Shown here piece by piece: positions 11,425 through 22,806 of a stretch of DNA of 64,000 nt (positions are counted from its first letter, which is position 1; each line of letters starts with the position of its first letter). A program made the position numbers and the translations under genes. The notes under the pieces were generated by a model that was not told the DNA's origin, searched no databases, and saw nothing but the letters and a program-made list of their open reading frames with translations. The DNA comes from Octopus bimaculoides (lineage: Eukaryota). The stretch covers positions 8,729,071 through 8,793,070 of the forward strand of contig NC_069009.1 in the NCBI RefSeq assembly GCF_001194135.2, read 5' to 3'.

Positions 11425-12542
11425 TTATACAATGCTCTCTACATTTTGATGTGATGCAGAAGGCATTTGGTTATCAGCCAGTTCTGTAAGTGCATCCCAC
11501 GAGGATTTCCGAGTGGGAAGTGTACCATAGTTGGGGTCCATGGTCATCGGTGGGTGTGACGAGAATGATATTTCAGACCCTACCAGAGATGAGGGAGTGT
11601 ATCTTGCTGATGTAGGGGTCACGCTTGGATTTAGTGGTGTCACTGTAGTAGTAACAAAAGGGCTATGTGTTGAGGTCGCATTGTTGCCTGCAAGGGGTTG
11701 AGATGTCACAGGGGCAATGGTAGTGGTTTGGGCTGTATAAGGCCCGGGTGTCAACGACAGTGACATCAGCTGTGCAGAAGGGGCAGTGAAACGAAGATTG
11801 GGTTCAAGTCTGGGGCCAGGTGTTGAGACCCCAGATTCTGAAGGTGGAGATGTGTGTGTGTTAGTGTCTGTGAGTTCGCAGAGTAGTTCCCATGGTGACT
11901 TTGTTGACTTCAATGTCTCAGTTGGTGGGGGTGGAGGAAGACCAGGGTCAGTAACGTTAGTGTTGTTGTTGTAGGCTATGGGTTGGAAGTAAGATTTTGA
12001 CAAGGCTGGTGGAAGCTTAACAGACTGAGAAGAGTGATCTGCACCTCCATTTCCAACGTTTCTGGGGGGCACTGATTTCACTGTTGATTTGAGCAAGGGT
12101 TTAGCAAGGGGTACAGGATGCACATGCTGTTGTTGGTTCATTGCTGCCCCCCTATCTGTCTGTGTACTCTTCTGGCCACTGGTCTGTGTTGACATTGAAG
12201 ACTTGTGTGATGAAGTAGACTTCTTTGGTGTTTGTCTCCCATGTGACAAAGATGAGGTCCCAACAGATTTCTTTCGTGTTCGACCAGTTGAGTAGCTGGG
12301 ATCACTGGTTGAAGTCTCTGCAGCAGTTGGTGCAATGATGCTGCCCAGTGACTTGAATGCACGGGCATCCTGCCTTGACATAGGCTGGGTCTGGGCCCCA
12401 GAATTGCATAGTGTGAGGTCATCCTGAGCATACGAGTCAAGTGAATCAGCGACAGAGGGCCGGCGTTCTTTCTTGCCACGTCGACTGTACAATGAGCTCC
12501 TTGATGCAAAGAGCGACTGTCTGGAGGCAGAGCGACGCAGAG
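11425..12542 (-). CDS. Terminal coding exon of an uncharacterised single-pass membrane protein (disordered cytoplasmic tail, C-terminal ESIV)
   Basis: Minus-strand acceptor ttctatttctctcctcacag ends at 12543. Phase 1 continues the upstream exon in frame (PPLRRSASRQSLFASRSSLYSRRGKKERRPS...) into ORF 11425..12492. Stop TAA at 11425-11427. Ser/Thr/Pro-rich, GC well above flanks. Confidence 0.9.
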
Positions 12543-12684
12543 CTGTGAGGAGAGAAATAGAAATGGCACACAGTTATCAATCAGAAATCTGTGCATATGT
12601 ATATACATACACACATATATATATATGTTAATATCAAACAGTGAGACTGAATGCTCAACACTGCATCAGTGGATAAATGTTTTC

Positions 12685-12886
12685 TATTCGTGGGGTGGCC
12701 CAGAATATCATTGGTTTTATGTTGGGAGAGATATCTCTCAACAATTATTCAAGTTTGTACTTTGGGATGTTGGAGTTCGTTTCCATCTTAGATGAACACC
12801 AACATCCCAAGGTACAGACTTAAATAATTGTTGAGCGATATCTCTCCCAACATGAAACCAACAGTAGTCTAGTCACCCCATGAATA
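12685..12886. mobile_element. Palindromic MITE-like hairpin 1
   Basis: ttggttttatgttgggagagatatctctcaacaattatt..gtactttgggatgttgg pairs with ccaacatcccaaggtac..aataattgttgagcgatatctctcccaacatgaaaccaa. Confidence 0.75.
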
Positions 12887-12908
12887 AACTATCTCTCTAT
12901 TTATCTAC

Positions 12909-13102
12909 ATATATATTATAAAACAGTTTGATTCAGTTCCATGTGACTTAAAGTTTCACAGGCCTCAAGCAGAAGCCCATCTCTTTTAGGTTTTAGATAC
13001 TGAATTTAGTAACCTAAAGTCTGAAAGAGATGGGCTTCTGTTAGAGGCCTGCAAAACTAAGTTGTATAGAACTGAATCAAACTGTCTTAAATAATACATA
13101 TA
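12909..13102. mobile_element. Palindromic MITE-like hairpin 2 (unrelated to hairpin 1)
   Basis: acagtttgattcagttc..aggcctc..agaagcccatctcttt pairs with aaagagatgggcttct..gaggcct..gaactgaatcaaactgt. Confidence 0.75.
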
Positions 13103-13168
13103 ACTCCTACTAAATGTACTGAGTGTCCTTTTCTTTCATTTGTTTACTCACTGGTGTGTATTTTTTTT

Positions 13169-13231
<63 letters not shown>

Positions 13232-13616
13232 TTGTGTGTATTTATGTGTGCATGTGTGTGTCTGTATATACATAAATACACACTATATATACACTGTAGT
13301 CTGGATCAATATGAAATAACTAGTGAGACAAGGCTGCAGAAGGTGGAATAATTATGTTGTTAAATACAGTTAATAGGATGAACAGTTTGCTACCTCAAGT
13401 TTCACCAAATGAATTGCATAATAATCTTATTCTAAGGAATTCCTGTTTAACAAGGAAACATTTCAGTAATTCTCTACAGTGGAACTGTAAACTTGGTAGA
13501 ATATTTTAACTCTACCTGTGTACAACAGGCTCACACTCAGTGAGACCATCTCACGCTCTGCTTGCCTTCTATACTTCTAATAGCATTGTAAAAACATAGC
13601 ATTTCAAGAATATCAA

Positions 13617-13652
<36 letters not shown>

Positions 13653-14314
13653 TGGGTATATAGCCCAGATTACAGAATTCTGAGATATCATGTTGAACAT
13701 GTACTATAAAAGACATCCTACATAACACATGAAAATTAATCATTAGTTGCCTGAATGGTTACGGTATTACACAAGATTGATTATGTTGAATAGTGATGAA
13801 ACAATTGTAAATGAAGAATTAAAATGATTTGCTAGAGCCAGTCTTTGTTATTAGTCATTTCATACACACACACACACTTTGGGTTGTCACATGAATTCCT
13901 TTGTTTTTTTCCCATTTATTTTAATTCTTTTCAATGTTATTTGAATTAACATGAAAAATATCTTTATGTGCTATGTTTTATTTTGCTTTTGTTTTTGAAA
14001 TCTTAATAAATTTTACCGATTTTCAAATATATGACAAAGGAGTACCATATATAAAAAACAAATTTATCTGATAACCCAATACACACACATATAGAGAGAT
14101 ACATTATATATACATACATATATATTTACACATATATATATATATATACATAAATATATATACATATACATACATATATATTTACACATATATATACACA
14201 CACATATATATATACATAAATATATATACATATACATACATATATATATGTATATATATTTATTTATACATTTAAAATAAAGTCATATGACTTCAGGAAA
14301 TCTAGTTTACTCAC

Positions 14315-15547
14315 GTGGTAAGCTCTCCAGGTCGTCGGCCCTTGAAGACCTCACACCCATAACACTGAGTGGGGTATCGGCCCTCTGTTCATCATCATAC
14401 ACAGACCCTTCTTCAGCTTCTGACACAAGACGTCGGCCTTTTGTAGTGATACGAGGGGACTTTGGTCCTCGCTTGCGTAAGCTGCTAAGTCCTGCATCTT
14501 TGTTGCGAGATGCAGATCCTTGCTGTTGCTGGGCCTGGTGCTTTGATTTGCTTGCGGGACTGCGATGTCGATTGGGTCGGAGGGAGTGGACTGTGCTAGT
14601 ACTAGAATTTGTACTTCTTATGAAAGGAGGAGGGTCATCATTTGTGAGATCAGTTCGGTCAAAGTCTTCAATCTCAACATCTGCTTTCGGTTTACTTGCC
14701 TGAATTTTGATTGGGACAACCTCTGTTGCCAACCCCCCAACCACATCTGGCTTCAGAACCTGGATTCCAGGATCACCGTCTTCATCTCGTACCTGACCCC
14801 CATGAAGCAGTTCCCTCTCCAATAGGTTGATGTCATCGGAGGTTGCAGACGTGCGTACAGGCACACGCCGTATTCCTGCATGGGTTGAGTTCATGGTTCG
14901 CATCTTGGGCACCGGTGCCGAGATGACTGGTAGTGGTGGTGGTGGAGTGGGAGGTGTGTCATCATTGCCACCACTCCCACCTCCACCATTGTTGGTGCTG
15001 GAGAGACGATGGGCTCGCTTCTCTGCCTCATTCTCTGTTGATTGATACGATGCCTGGAACTTCAGGTTACTCTGCAGAGCTTCAATCATAGGGGACCGAG
15101 GCTCATCTCCACTTCCTCCACCCCGGCTTTTGTTTGATGTATCAAAACTGAATTCACTTGATTTTGTTGGAGTCGTTGCAAAAGCATCAACGACCAATGG
15201 CTTCTCACCATTCCTGACCCCAAGCCCATCTCTGTTCTTCTCTTCCTTGCTGTCGCTGAACTTTTCGACAACATCGGTATAGCGCAGTGAAGGACTCATG
15301 CCAACCCCACCCACAGGGCTTCCATTCTTCTCCATGTTGTTGATATAGCACTTATCCATGTCGGAGGAGTCGCCATCTCGGAGGACCGGATCAGCGTGAC
15401 CCCCTCTCAGATAGCTGTTCCGCTGGTAGCAACAGATGCCAATGACAGCCAGGAGGAGGATCAGCAGAATGACTCCACACACAGACCCAACAATGACGCC
15501 AATCAGGGCAGGGTTTGAAACCGAATCATCTCTTGGTCCTGGGTCAT
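14315..15547 (-). CDS. Internal coding exon (1233 nt, phase 1-1) with TM helix and proximal cytoplasmic tail
   Basis: Acceptor ttcttcttctcttacag (15548) and donor CCAC|GTGAGT (14314). Lies within ORF 14307..15575. Hydrophobic stretch ALIGVIVGSVCGVILLILLLAVIGICCY followed by basic residues QRNSYLR. Confidence 0.92.
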
Positions 15548-15609
15548 CTGTAAGAGAAGAAGAATTAGAAGACAATCATGTCTGGGTGAAATTTGGGGCA
15601 AACCAACAT

Positions 15610-16025
15610 ATTTTTTACTTCCTGTTTGTTCAAGTCATTAGACTGCAGTCATGCTGGAGCATCACCTTGAAGAATTTTTAGTTGAATGAATCAATTCCAG
15701 AACTTATTTTCTTTTTAAACCTGGTACTTATTCTACTGGGTTTTTTTAGCCACACCACTAGGTTACGGGGATGTAAACACAGCAACACTGGTTGTCTAGC
15801 AGTAGTGATGGAGACTAAGACAGACACAAAAGATACATACACATATCTATCTAGACATACATATATGATGGACTTCTTCCAGTTCCTGTCTCCCAAATCT
15901 ACTTAAAAAGCTTTAATCAGCTCAAGGCTTATAGTAGAAAGATACTTGCTCAACGTGCCACACAGTGGAATCGAACCTAGAACCATGTGGTTATGAAGCA
16001 AGCTTCTTACTATGCAGTCATGCCT
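15610..16025 (-). mobile_element. SINE family A, near full length
   Basis: Reverse complement of head (tcgaacc..aagcttcttactatgcagtc) and tail (ttttacttcctgtttgttcaagtcatt). Confidence 0.75.
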
Positions 16026-16349
16026 GTGAGGTGGATGATGATGATGATGATGAGTAATCCACTCCAACAGATTCAAATGCCATATATGCTAGTTGCATTT
16101 GCATGTGTCACAGGAAAGCAATTTCTCCCTTTTACATCAAGGAGTGTGTATGTGTGTGTGTTTATAATACAGTCTTGCTGGCGAGACATTTGTCAAAACA
16201 CTACTATCGCAGAATTCCTTGCTCCAATATGAGTGTTTTGAACATGTTGTAAATGAGAGAAGCTGTCCTTTTGTGACCTACACACTAGCAACCAGCATAT
16301 TTTGCATTTGGGTCTGCTGGAGCATATTAAGAATAAATATGTAAGATTA

Positions 16350-16580
16350 GGTTGAGGCATGGCTGTGTAGTAAGAAGCCTGTTTGAGTGGATTTGGTAGA
16401 CAGAAACTGAAAGAAATTCATTGTGCGCGTGTGTGTGTGTGTCTGTGTTTGTTGCCCACCACTGCTTGACAACTGGTGTTGGTATGTTTATGTCCCTGTA
16501 ACAGTGGTTCAGCAAAAGAGACCAATAGAATAAGTACTAGGCTTTAAAAAAAGTACTGGGGGTCGATTCATTGTAAAGTC
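16350..16580 (+). mobile_element. SINE family A, internally deleted
   Basis: ggctgtgtagtaagaagc...gagtggatttggtagacagaaactgaaag...aataagtactaggc. Confidence 0.7.
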
Positions 16581-16709
16581 CTGGTAAAAATGAACAAAAC
16601 ACAGGAAAAAAAGCTGCAGCTTATTCTGTCCATTAGTTTGCCTGCAATTATTACTCAAGCAGTATATGCAACTATTATTTTTGTTAAGCAAGCATTATTT
16701 TTGACAGAA

Positions 16710-17030
16710 TAATGTGAATGCTAAAGAGTTACCAACAAGCAGTTTTATCAAGATCTACCCAAAGTGACTGAGAAGATACAGCAGAGAAGAATGAGAATTG
16801 TTGGTCATTGCATTAGGCACCCTGAAGAACCTCTGTGTCAACTGGTTTTATGGCCGTCAATTGAAGGAAGAATCAACAGGGGAAGAAGACGTCTAACCTA
16901 TATGGACAACTTGCTTCTGGACAGTGGAATGGCAAATGTTGATGAATTAAAAATATACAGGGGCAGGGGACGGGCATGATGGATGGTGTGCTCACAGGCA
17001 ATCATTGAAGCATCTGGGAGGACAACCAAA
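16710..17030 (+). mobile_element. RTE-clade LINE 3' ORF fragment
   Basis: EKIQQRRMRIVGHCIRHPEE...VLW...GRINRGRRRLTYMDNL. Confidence 0.75.
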
Positions 17031-17134
17031 CTAAACTATTTGCATATGGGGCATCTACTGCAGTGCTCCACACAATGGTGAAAAGCACATAGAAACATTA
17101 AACTTTTTTTTTTTTTTTTCCATATAGAAACATA

Positions 17135-17373
17135 TAGACGCAGGTGTGGCTGTGTGATAAGAATGGGCACAGGTGTGACTGTGATAAGAACCACATGGCT
17201 CTGGGTTCAGTCCAACTGCGTGGCACCTTGGGGAAGTGTCTTTTACCTTACCTCAGATCGACCAAAGCCTTGTGAGTGAATTTGGTAGGTGGAAACTGAA
17301 TGAAGCCTATTATGTATATACATGTGTATGTGTGTTACTGTCTGTGTTTATACCCCACCACTGCTTGACAACC
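17135..17373 (+). mobile_element. SINE family A, 3'-truncated where the long inverted-repeat arm starts
   Basis: Head at 17135. Body stops at cttgacaacc and is directly followed by the AT-rich arm. Confidence 0.7.
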
Positions 17374-18247
17374 AGAACTTAATAGAGTAAAAGGTGGACT
17401 TAAGAATTACATGGGTATTGTGTTCGTACTAATTTTTAATGTGTAATTGTTCTAGGAGTCATGTCTATTTAAAACACAATTAACAGGTAACAGTTAAGTG
17501 ATGATATATATAACATAGAAAGATAGGTAACTTTCTCAATATAGATTAGTGTAAATGAGCTAGTTTTAAACTCCATATAAGAAGTAAGAATCAAGTGGGG
17601 TTGAAAATCCAAATAAGGGAGAACAGAATTTTTAAATACAGGAAACTGAAATTTATATTTGACCGTTAATAATCATTTCAGCTTTTTTTATAAATTAGAA
17701 AAAAATGTTTAAGAGCCCTCATAAATGGTTAGTGGTATATAAACTTTNNNNNNNNNNNNNNNNNNNNNNNNNNNNNNNNNNNNNNNNNNNNNNNNNNNNN
17801 NNNNNNNNNNNNNNNNNNNNNNNNNNNNNNNNNNNNNNNNNGATACTAATAGGTGGTTAATATGACAATATAAGAAACGTATAAAAATTATAAGGGAAAT
17901 AAATATATGAAGATTAGTGGGTATTTTACTTAGAATGTTCGCTGCTAAAACTATAAAACATCTATGGAATGGTATATAGAAAAAATATATCGAAAAGATT
18001 AGAGAATAATTTTAGAGAAAGTAAAAATTATTGAAATTTTACTAGTATAGGGCAGATAATAAATAAGGGTTAAAATGGTCTTGTTTATATTAGCTAGGAG
18101 ATTGGAAAAAATTTAAATATTCACATTATATGGGTACTTTTACAAGTTTTAATTACAAAATAAATTTAATATCATATATACACAGTAAAATACATGTATA
18201 CATGCATATATATACATATATGGATACACACACACACACACACACAC

Positions 18248-18294
<47 letters not shown>

Positions 18295-19008
18295 NNNNNN
18301 NNNNNNNNNNNNNNNNNNNNNNNNNNNNNNNNNNNNNNNNNNNNNNNNNNNNNNNNNNNNNNNNNNNNNNNNNNNNNNNNNNNNNNNNNNNNNNNNNNNN
18401 NNNNNNNNNNNNNNNNNNNNNNNNNNNNNNNNNNNNNNNNNNNNNNNNNNNNNNNNNNNNNNNNNNNNNNNNNNNNNNNNNNNNNNNNNNNNNNNNNNNN
18501 NNNNNNNNNNNNNNNNNNNNNNNNNNNNNNNNNNNNNNNNNNNNNNNNNNNNNNNNNNNNNNNNNNNNNNNNNNNNNNNNNNNNNNNNNNNNNNNNNNNN
18601 NNNNNNNNNNNNNNNNNNNNNNNNNNNNNNNNNNNNNNNNNNNNNNNNNNNNNNNNNNNNNNNNNNNNNNNNNNNNNNNNNNNNNNNNNNNNNNNNNNNN
18701 NNNNNNNNNNNNNNNNNNNNNNNNNNNNNNNNNNNNNNNNNNNNNNNNNNNNNNNNNNNNNNNNNNNNNNNNNNNNNNNNNNNNNNNNNNNNNNNNNNNN
18801 NNNNNNNNNNNNNNNNNNNNNNNNNNNNNNNNNNNNNNNNNNNNNNNNNNNNNNNNNNNNNNNNNNNNNNNNNNNNNNNNNNNNNNNNNNNNNNNNNNNN
18901 NNNNNNNNNNNNNNNNNNNNNNNNNNNNNNNNNNNNNNNNNNNNNNNNNNNNNNNNNNNNNNNNNNNAATATATACCCACTCGTATGCCACCTACACTTT
19001 TTTATCTA

Positions 19009-19082
<74 letters not shown>

Positions 19083-22000
19083 CACAACCACACATAAACA
19101 TACAGATATATATATACCAGTACAAAAAAACTCATACACACGCCTAAGATTAAAATAACTTGATATATATACAGGTATGTATGGGTATATAATGATACGC
19201 TTATAATTAAAACTCGTAAATGTACCCATCCATGCTCAGATCTTCCGTAATTGATTACTTTTCACATATGTACAGAAGTATTCCAGTTTATGATCTTCTA
19301 TATATATACATATAATCTTTTTTATATAATTTTTAAATTTAATTTTATATATATATAGATATTTTTTTAGCAACCTAGATTGGTAACTATTTTTACAACT
19401 ATTTCTTATTTTGCTTTTTTATTTTTTATTCAAATGTTTATAATATATTTAAATAATTTTCAAATATTATAATTTTGATATATATTTTTCTATAATATAT
19501 ATTTGTTTTTTATACTCTAATAAGGTATGTTTATATCTACATTGCCATATAAATTCAGGCATATGTATAAAAGTTATTTGTTGCTACAAAGGTAAAGGTG
19601 ATGCATTAGATACAAATAATTACAGAGGTATCAAGTTGTTGGATCAGGTAATGATGGTCATGGAGAGGGTCATAGCCCAACTAATTAGGGAGAGAGTCCG
19701 TCTGGATGAGATGCAGAAGTTCATGCCGGGGAAAAGCACCGCTGATGCTTTATTTCTGGTAACACAGCCGCAGGAGAAAGCTTTTGACAGGGTCCCCCGA
19801 TCCCTTATCTGGTGGTCAATGAGGAAACTAGGGATAGATGAATGGTTAGTGAGAGCTGTACAAGCCATGTACAGGGACGCTGTCAGTNNNNNNNNNNATG
19901 GTTAGTGAGAGCTGTACAAGCCATGTACAGGGACGCTGTCAGTAAGGTGAGGGTTGGCAACGAGTACAGTGAAGAATTCCAGGTAGGGGTCCACCAAGGA
20001 TCAGTCCTCAGCTCCATCCTATTCATCATAGTCCTCCAGGCAATAACAGAGGAACTCAAGACAGGATGCCCCTGGGAGTTTCTCTATGCTGACGACCTTA
20101 CTCTAATTGCTGAGTCACTATCAGAACTAGAGAAATTTCAGGTGTGGAAGCAAGGTCTAGAATTGAAGGGCCTTAGAGTCAATCTAGCAAAAACCAAAGT
20201 CTTAATAAGAAGGAAGGTAGATAAACCACAAATCTCTTAAGGTAAATGGCCCTCCGCAATCTGCAGAAAAGGTATAGGTAGAAACTCCATAAGATGTACC
20301 CAGTGAAAGCTGTGGACACATAAGAGGTGCAGCAATATCAAAGGAAGGCTAACTGGGAAGATAGTTTTTGTGTGTAGCAAACACTTGGGTAATAAACACT
20401 GAAAATGTGCAGAAAACAGCTTCCATCACATTCCAGGGGAAAAAACTACAAGTAGTTGATAGCTTCTGTTACCTAGGTGACCAAGTCAGTAACTGGGGTG
20501 GATGCTCTGAGAGTGTGGCTGCTGGAATAAGAATAGCCTGGGCAAAGTTCAGAGAGCTCCTACCTCTGCTGGTGACAAAGTGCCTTTCGCTCAGAGTAAA
20601 AGGTAGATTGTATGACGCATGTGTGCGAACAGCCATGCTACGTGGCAGTAAAACATGGGCCATGACTGCTGAGGACAGATATAAGCTTGCAAGGAATGAA
20701 ACTAGTATGCTCCGCTGGATGTGTAATGTCAGTGTGCATACTCGACAGAGTGTAAGTACCTTGAGAGAAAAGTTGAACCTAAGAAGCATCAGATGTGGTG
20801 TGCAGAGAGACGATATGCTGGTATGGTCATGTGTCGCGTATGGATGAGGACAGCTGTGTGAAAGTGCATAAGAGGGAAGCTGTTGAAGAGGTAGACCCAG
20901 GAAGGCCTGGTATGAGGTGGTGAAGCACAATCTTCAAATGTTGGGCATCACCGATGCGAAGACAAGATATGCTGTGCTTTAGAGACTGTAACCATGGCCT
21001 ATGCCAGTGCAGCATAACCATCCCATTTAAGAGGACCCTTCAATCATTGGGCAATAAACTGCACTTGTGAAGACCTGTTGAAGTAAGTGAAGTCGTTGTC
21101 ATGACTGATGACAGTATCGCCTGAGTGGCATCGATGCCGGTGGCACGTAAAAAGTACCATTCGAGTGTGATTGTTGCCAGTGCCACCTGACTGGCTCCCA
21201 TGCTGGTGGCATGTAAAAAGCACCATTTGAATGTGGTCGATGCCAGTGCTGCCTGACTGGCCTTTGTGCTGGTGGCATGTAAAAACCACCTACTACACTC
21301 TCGGAGTGGTTGGCATTAGGAAGGGCATCCAGCTGTAGAAACACTGTCAGATCGAATTGGAGACTGGTACAGCCTTTTGGCTTGCCAGCTCTCAGTGAAA
21401 CCATCCAGCTCATGCCAGCATGGAAAGTGGATGTTAAACGACGACGACAACAATGATGATGCGTACATGGGTACAGGTGTATAAGAATGTCTCTTTGTTA
21501 CCGTCGTCTATAGGGTGCATGTGTATTATATGTTTCGGTGTCTGATTACTTGTTTGTCCATAATTGTCAGTGTACACATTGTATATGGATATATACACTA
21601 GTATATACACGTAATTGTTGTTTTACCAGTTCAAAAATCGTGGTTTTTTTATATATGCATATATAGTTGTACCAGTATCTACATGCACAAACCTTTATAT
21701 GTATAACTATACATGACACAACAAAAATTTTGTTTTGAGTAGGCATATACATATAATGTGAATATTTTTAATTGTTCCAATCTCCTAGCAAATATAAACT
21801 AGACCATTTTTCCCCTTATTTCAATAATTTTTATTCTCTAATCTTTTCGATATATTTTTTTCTATATACCATTCCATAGATGTTTTATAGTTTTAGCAGC
21901 GAACATTCTAAGTAAAATACCCCCTAATCTTCATATATTTATTTCCCTTATAATTTTTATACGTTTCTTATATTGTCATATTAACCACCTATTAGTATCT

Positions 22001-22438
22001 AATTTTTACTACTTTAACTATTTAAATTATCTCCTTCTATATTTCTGACATATTATTTACATAAACAAAGTTTATATACCACTAACCATTTATGAGGGCT
22101 CTTAAACATTTTTTCTAATTTATAAAAAAGCTGAAATGATTATTAACGGTCAAATATAAATTTCAGTTTCCTGTATTTAAAAATTCTGTTCTCCCTTATT
22201 TGGGTTTTCAACCCCACTTGATTCTTACTTCTTATATGGAGTTTAAAACTAGTTCATTTACACTAATCTATATTGAGAAAGTTACCTATCTTTCCATGTT
22301 ATATATATCATCACTTAACTGTTACCTGTTAATTGTGTTTTAAATAGACATGACTCCTAGAACAATTACACATTAAAAATTAGTACGGACACAATACCCA
22401 TGTAAATCTGAAGTCCACCTTTTTCTTTATTAAGTTCT
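17374..22438. repeat. Long inverted repeat: arms 17374-18132 and 21750-22438, AT-rich degenerate retroelement-like sequence
   Basis: Hundreds of nt read as reverse complements, e.g. aagagccctcataaatggttagtggtatataaacttt / aaagtttatataccactaaccatttatgagggctctt. Related to 39040-40140. Confidence 0.85.
19585..21460 (+). mobile_element. 5'-truncated RTE-clade LINE (RT pseudogene plus 3' UTR with ~60-bp tandem repeats and (GAT)n tail)
   Basis: NYRGIKLL, KAFDRVP, GVHQGSVLS, FLYADDL motifs with frameshifts and stops. 3' tail ccagcatggaaagtggatgttaaacgacg. Confidence 0.9.
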
Positions 22439-22767
22439 TATTTTTTGTTATTGTGCTACCGATGAGTACTCTTTGACAACTCGGGTTCTTAGAATGAATT
22501 TATTGTCTTTCTGTACGAAATGATTGTCTAGCGAATTGAATAAATATTTTATCCCATATTAACATCTCCTCCATTTATGCAAAATATAATAGAATTTGTT
22601 GAACTTTGTTCTGTAACTTAAATGATATACTTAATATACTTATAAAACTTTTCATATCTACACCATTTTAAACCAGCAAATCCAAAGTAAAGTATGAAGA
22701 ATCAATGTTAGAAATCTTTTGCAAACTACTCCAATTAAAGGATGAATCTTCATTCAACCGTTTTTTC

Positions 22768-22803
<36 letters not shown>

Positions 22804-22806
<3 letters not shown>

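Noticed and set aside
14287-15045. Plus-strand ORFs overlapping the TM exon (14287, 14565, 14827; also 11786, 12089)
   Set aside because: Antisense shadows of a GC-richer coding exon; no independent coding features.
17374-18132. AT-rich segments suspected to be a mitochondrial insertion (NUMT)
   Set aside because: No recognisable mitochondrial ORF or rRNA motif on manual translation; homologous to dispersed nuclear copies at 22 kb and 39 kb.
19842-19950. Apparent tandem duplication in the RTE RT region (also at 4900-4990)
   Set aside because: The duplicated sequence flanks a 10-N gap, typical of unmerged contig overlaps.
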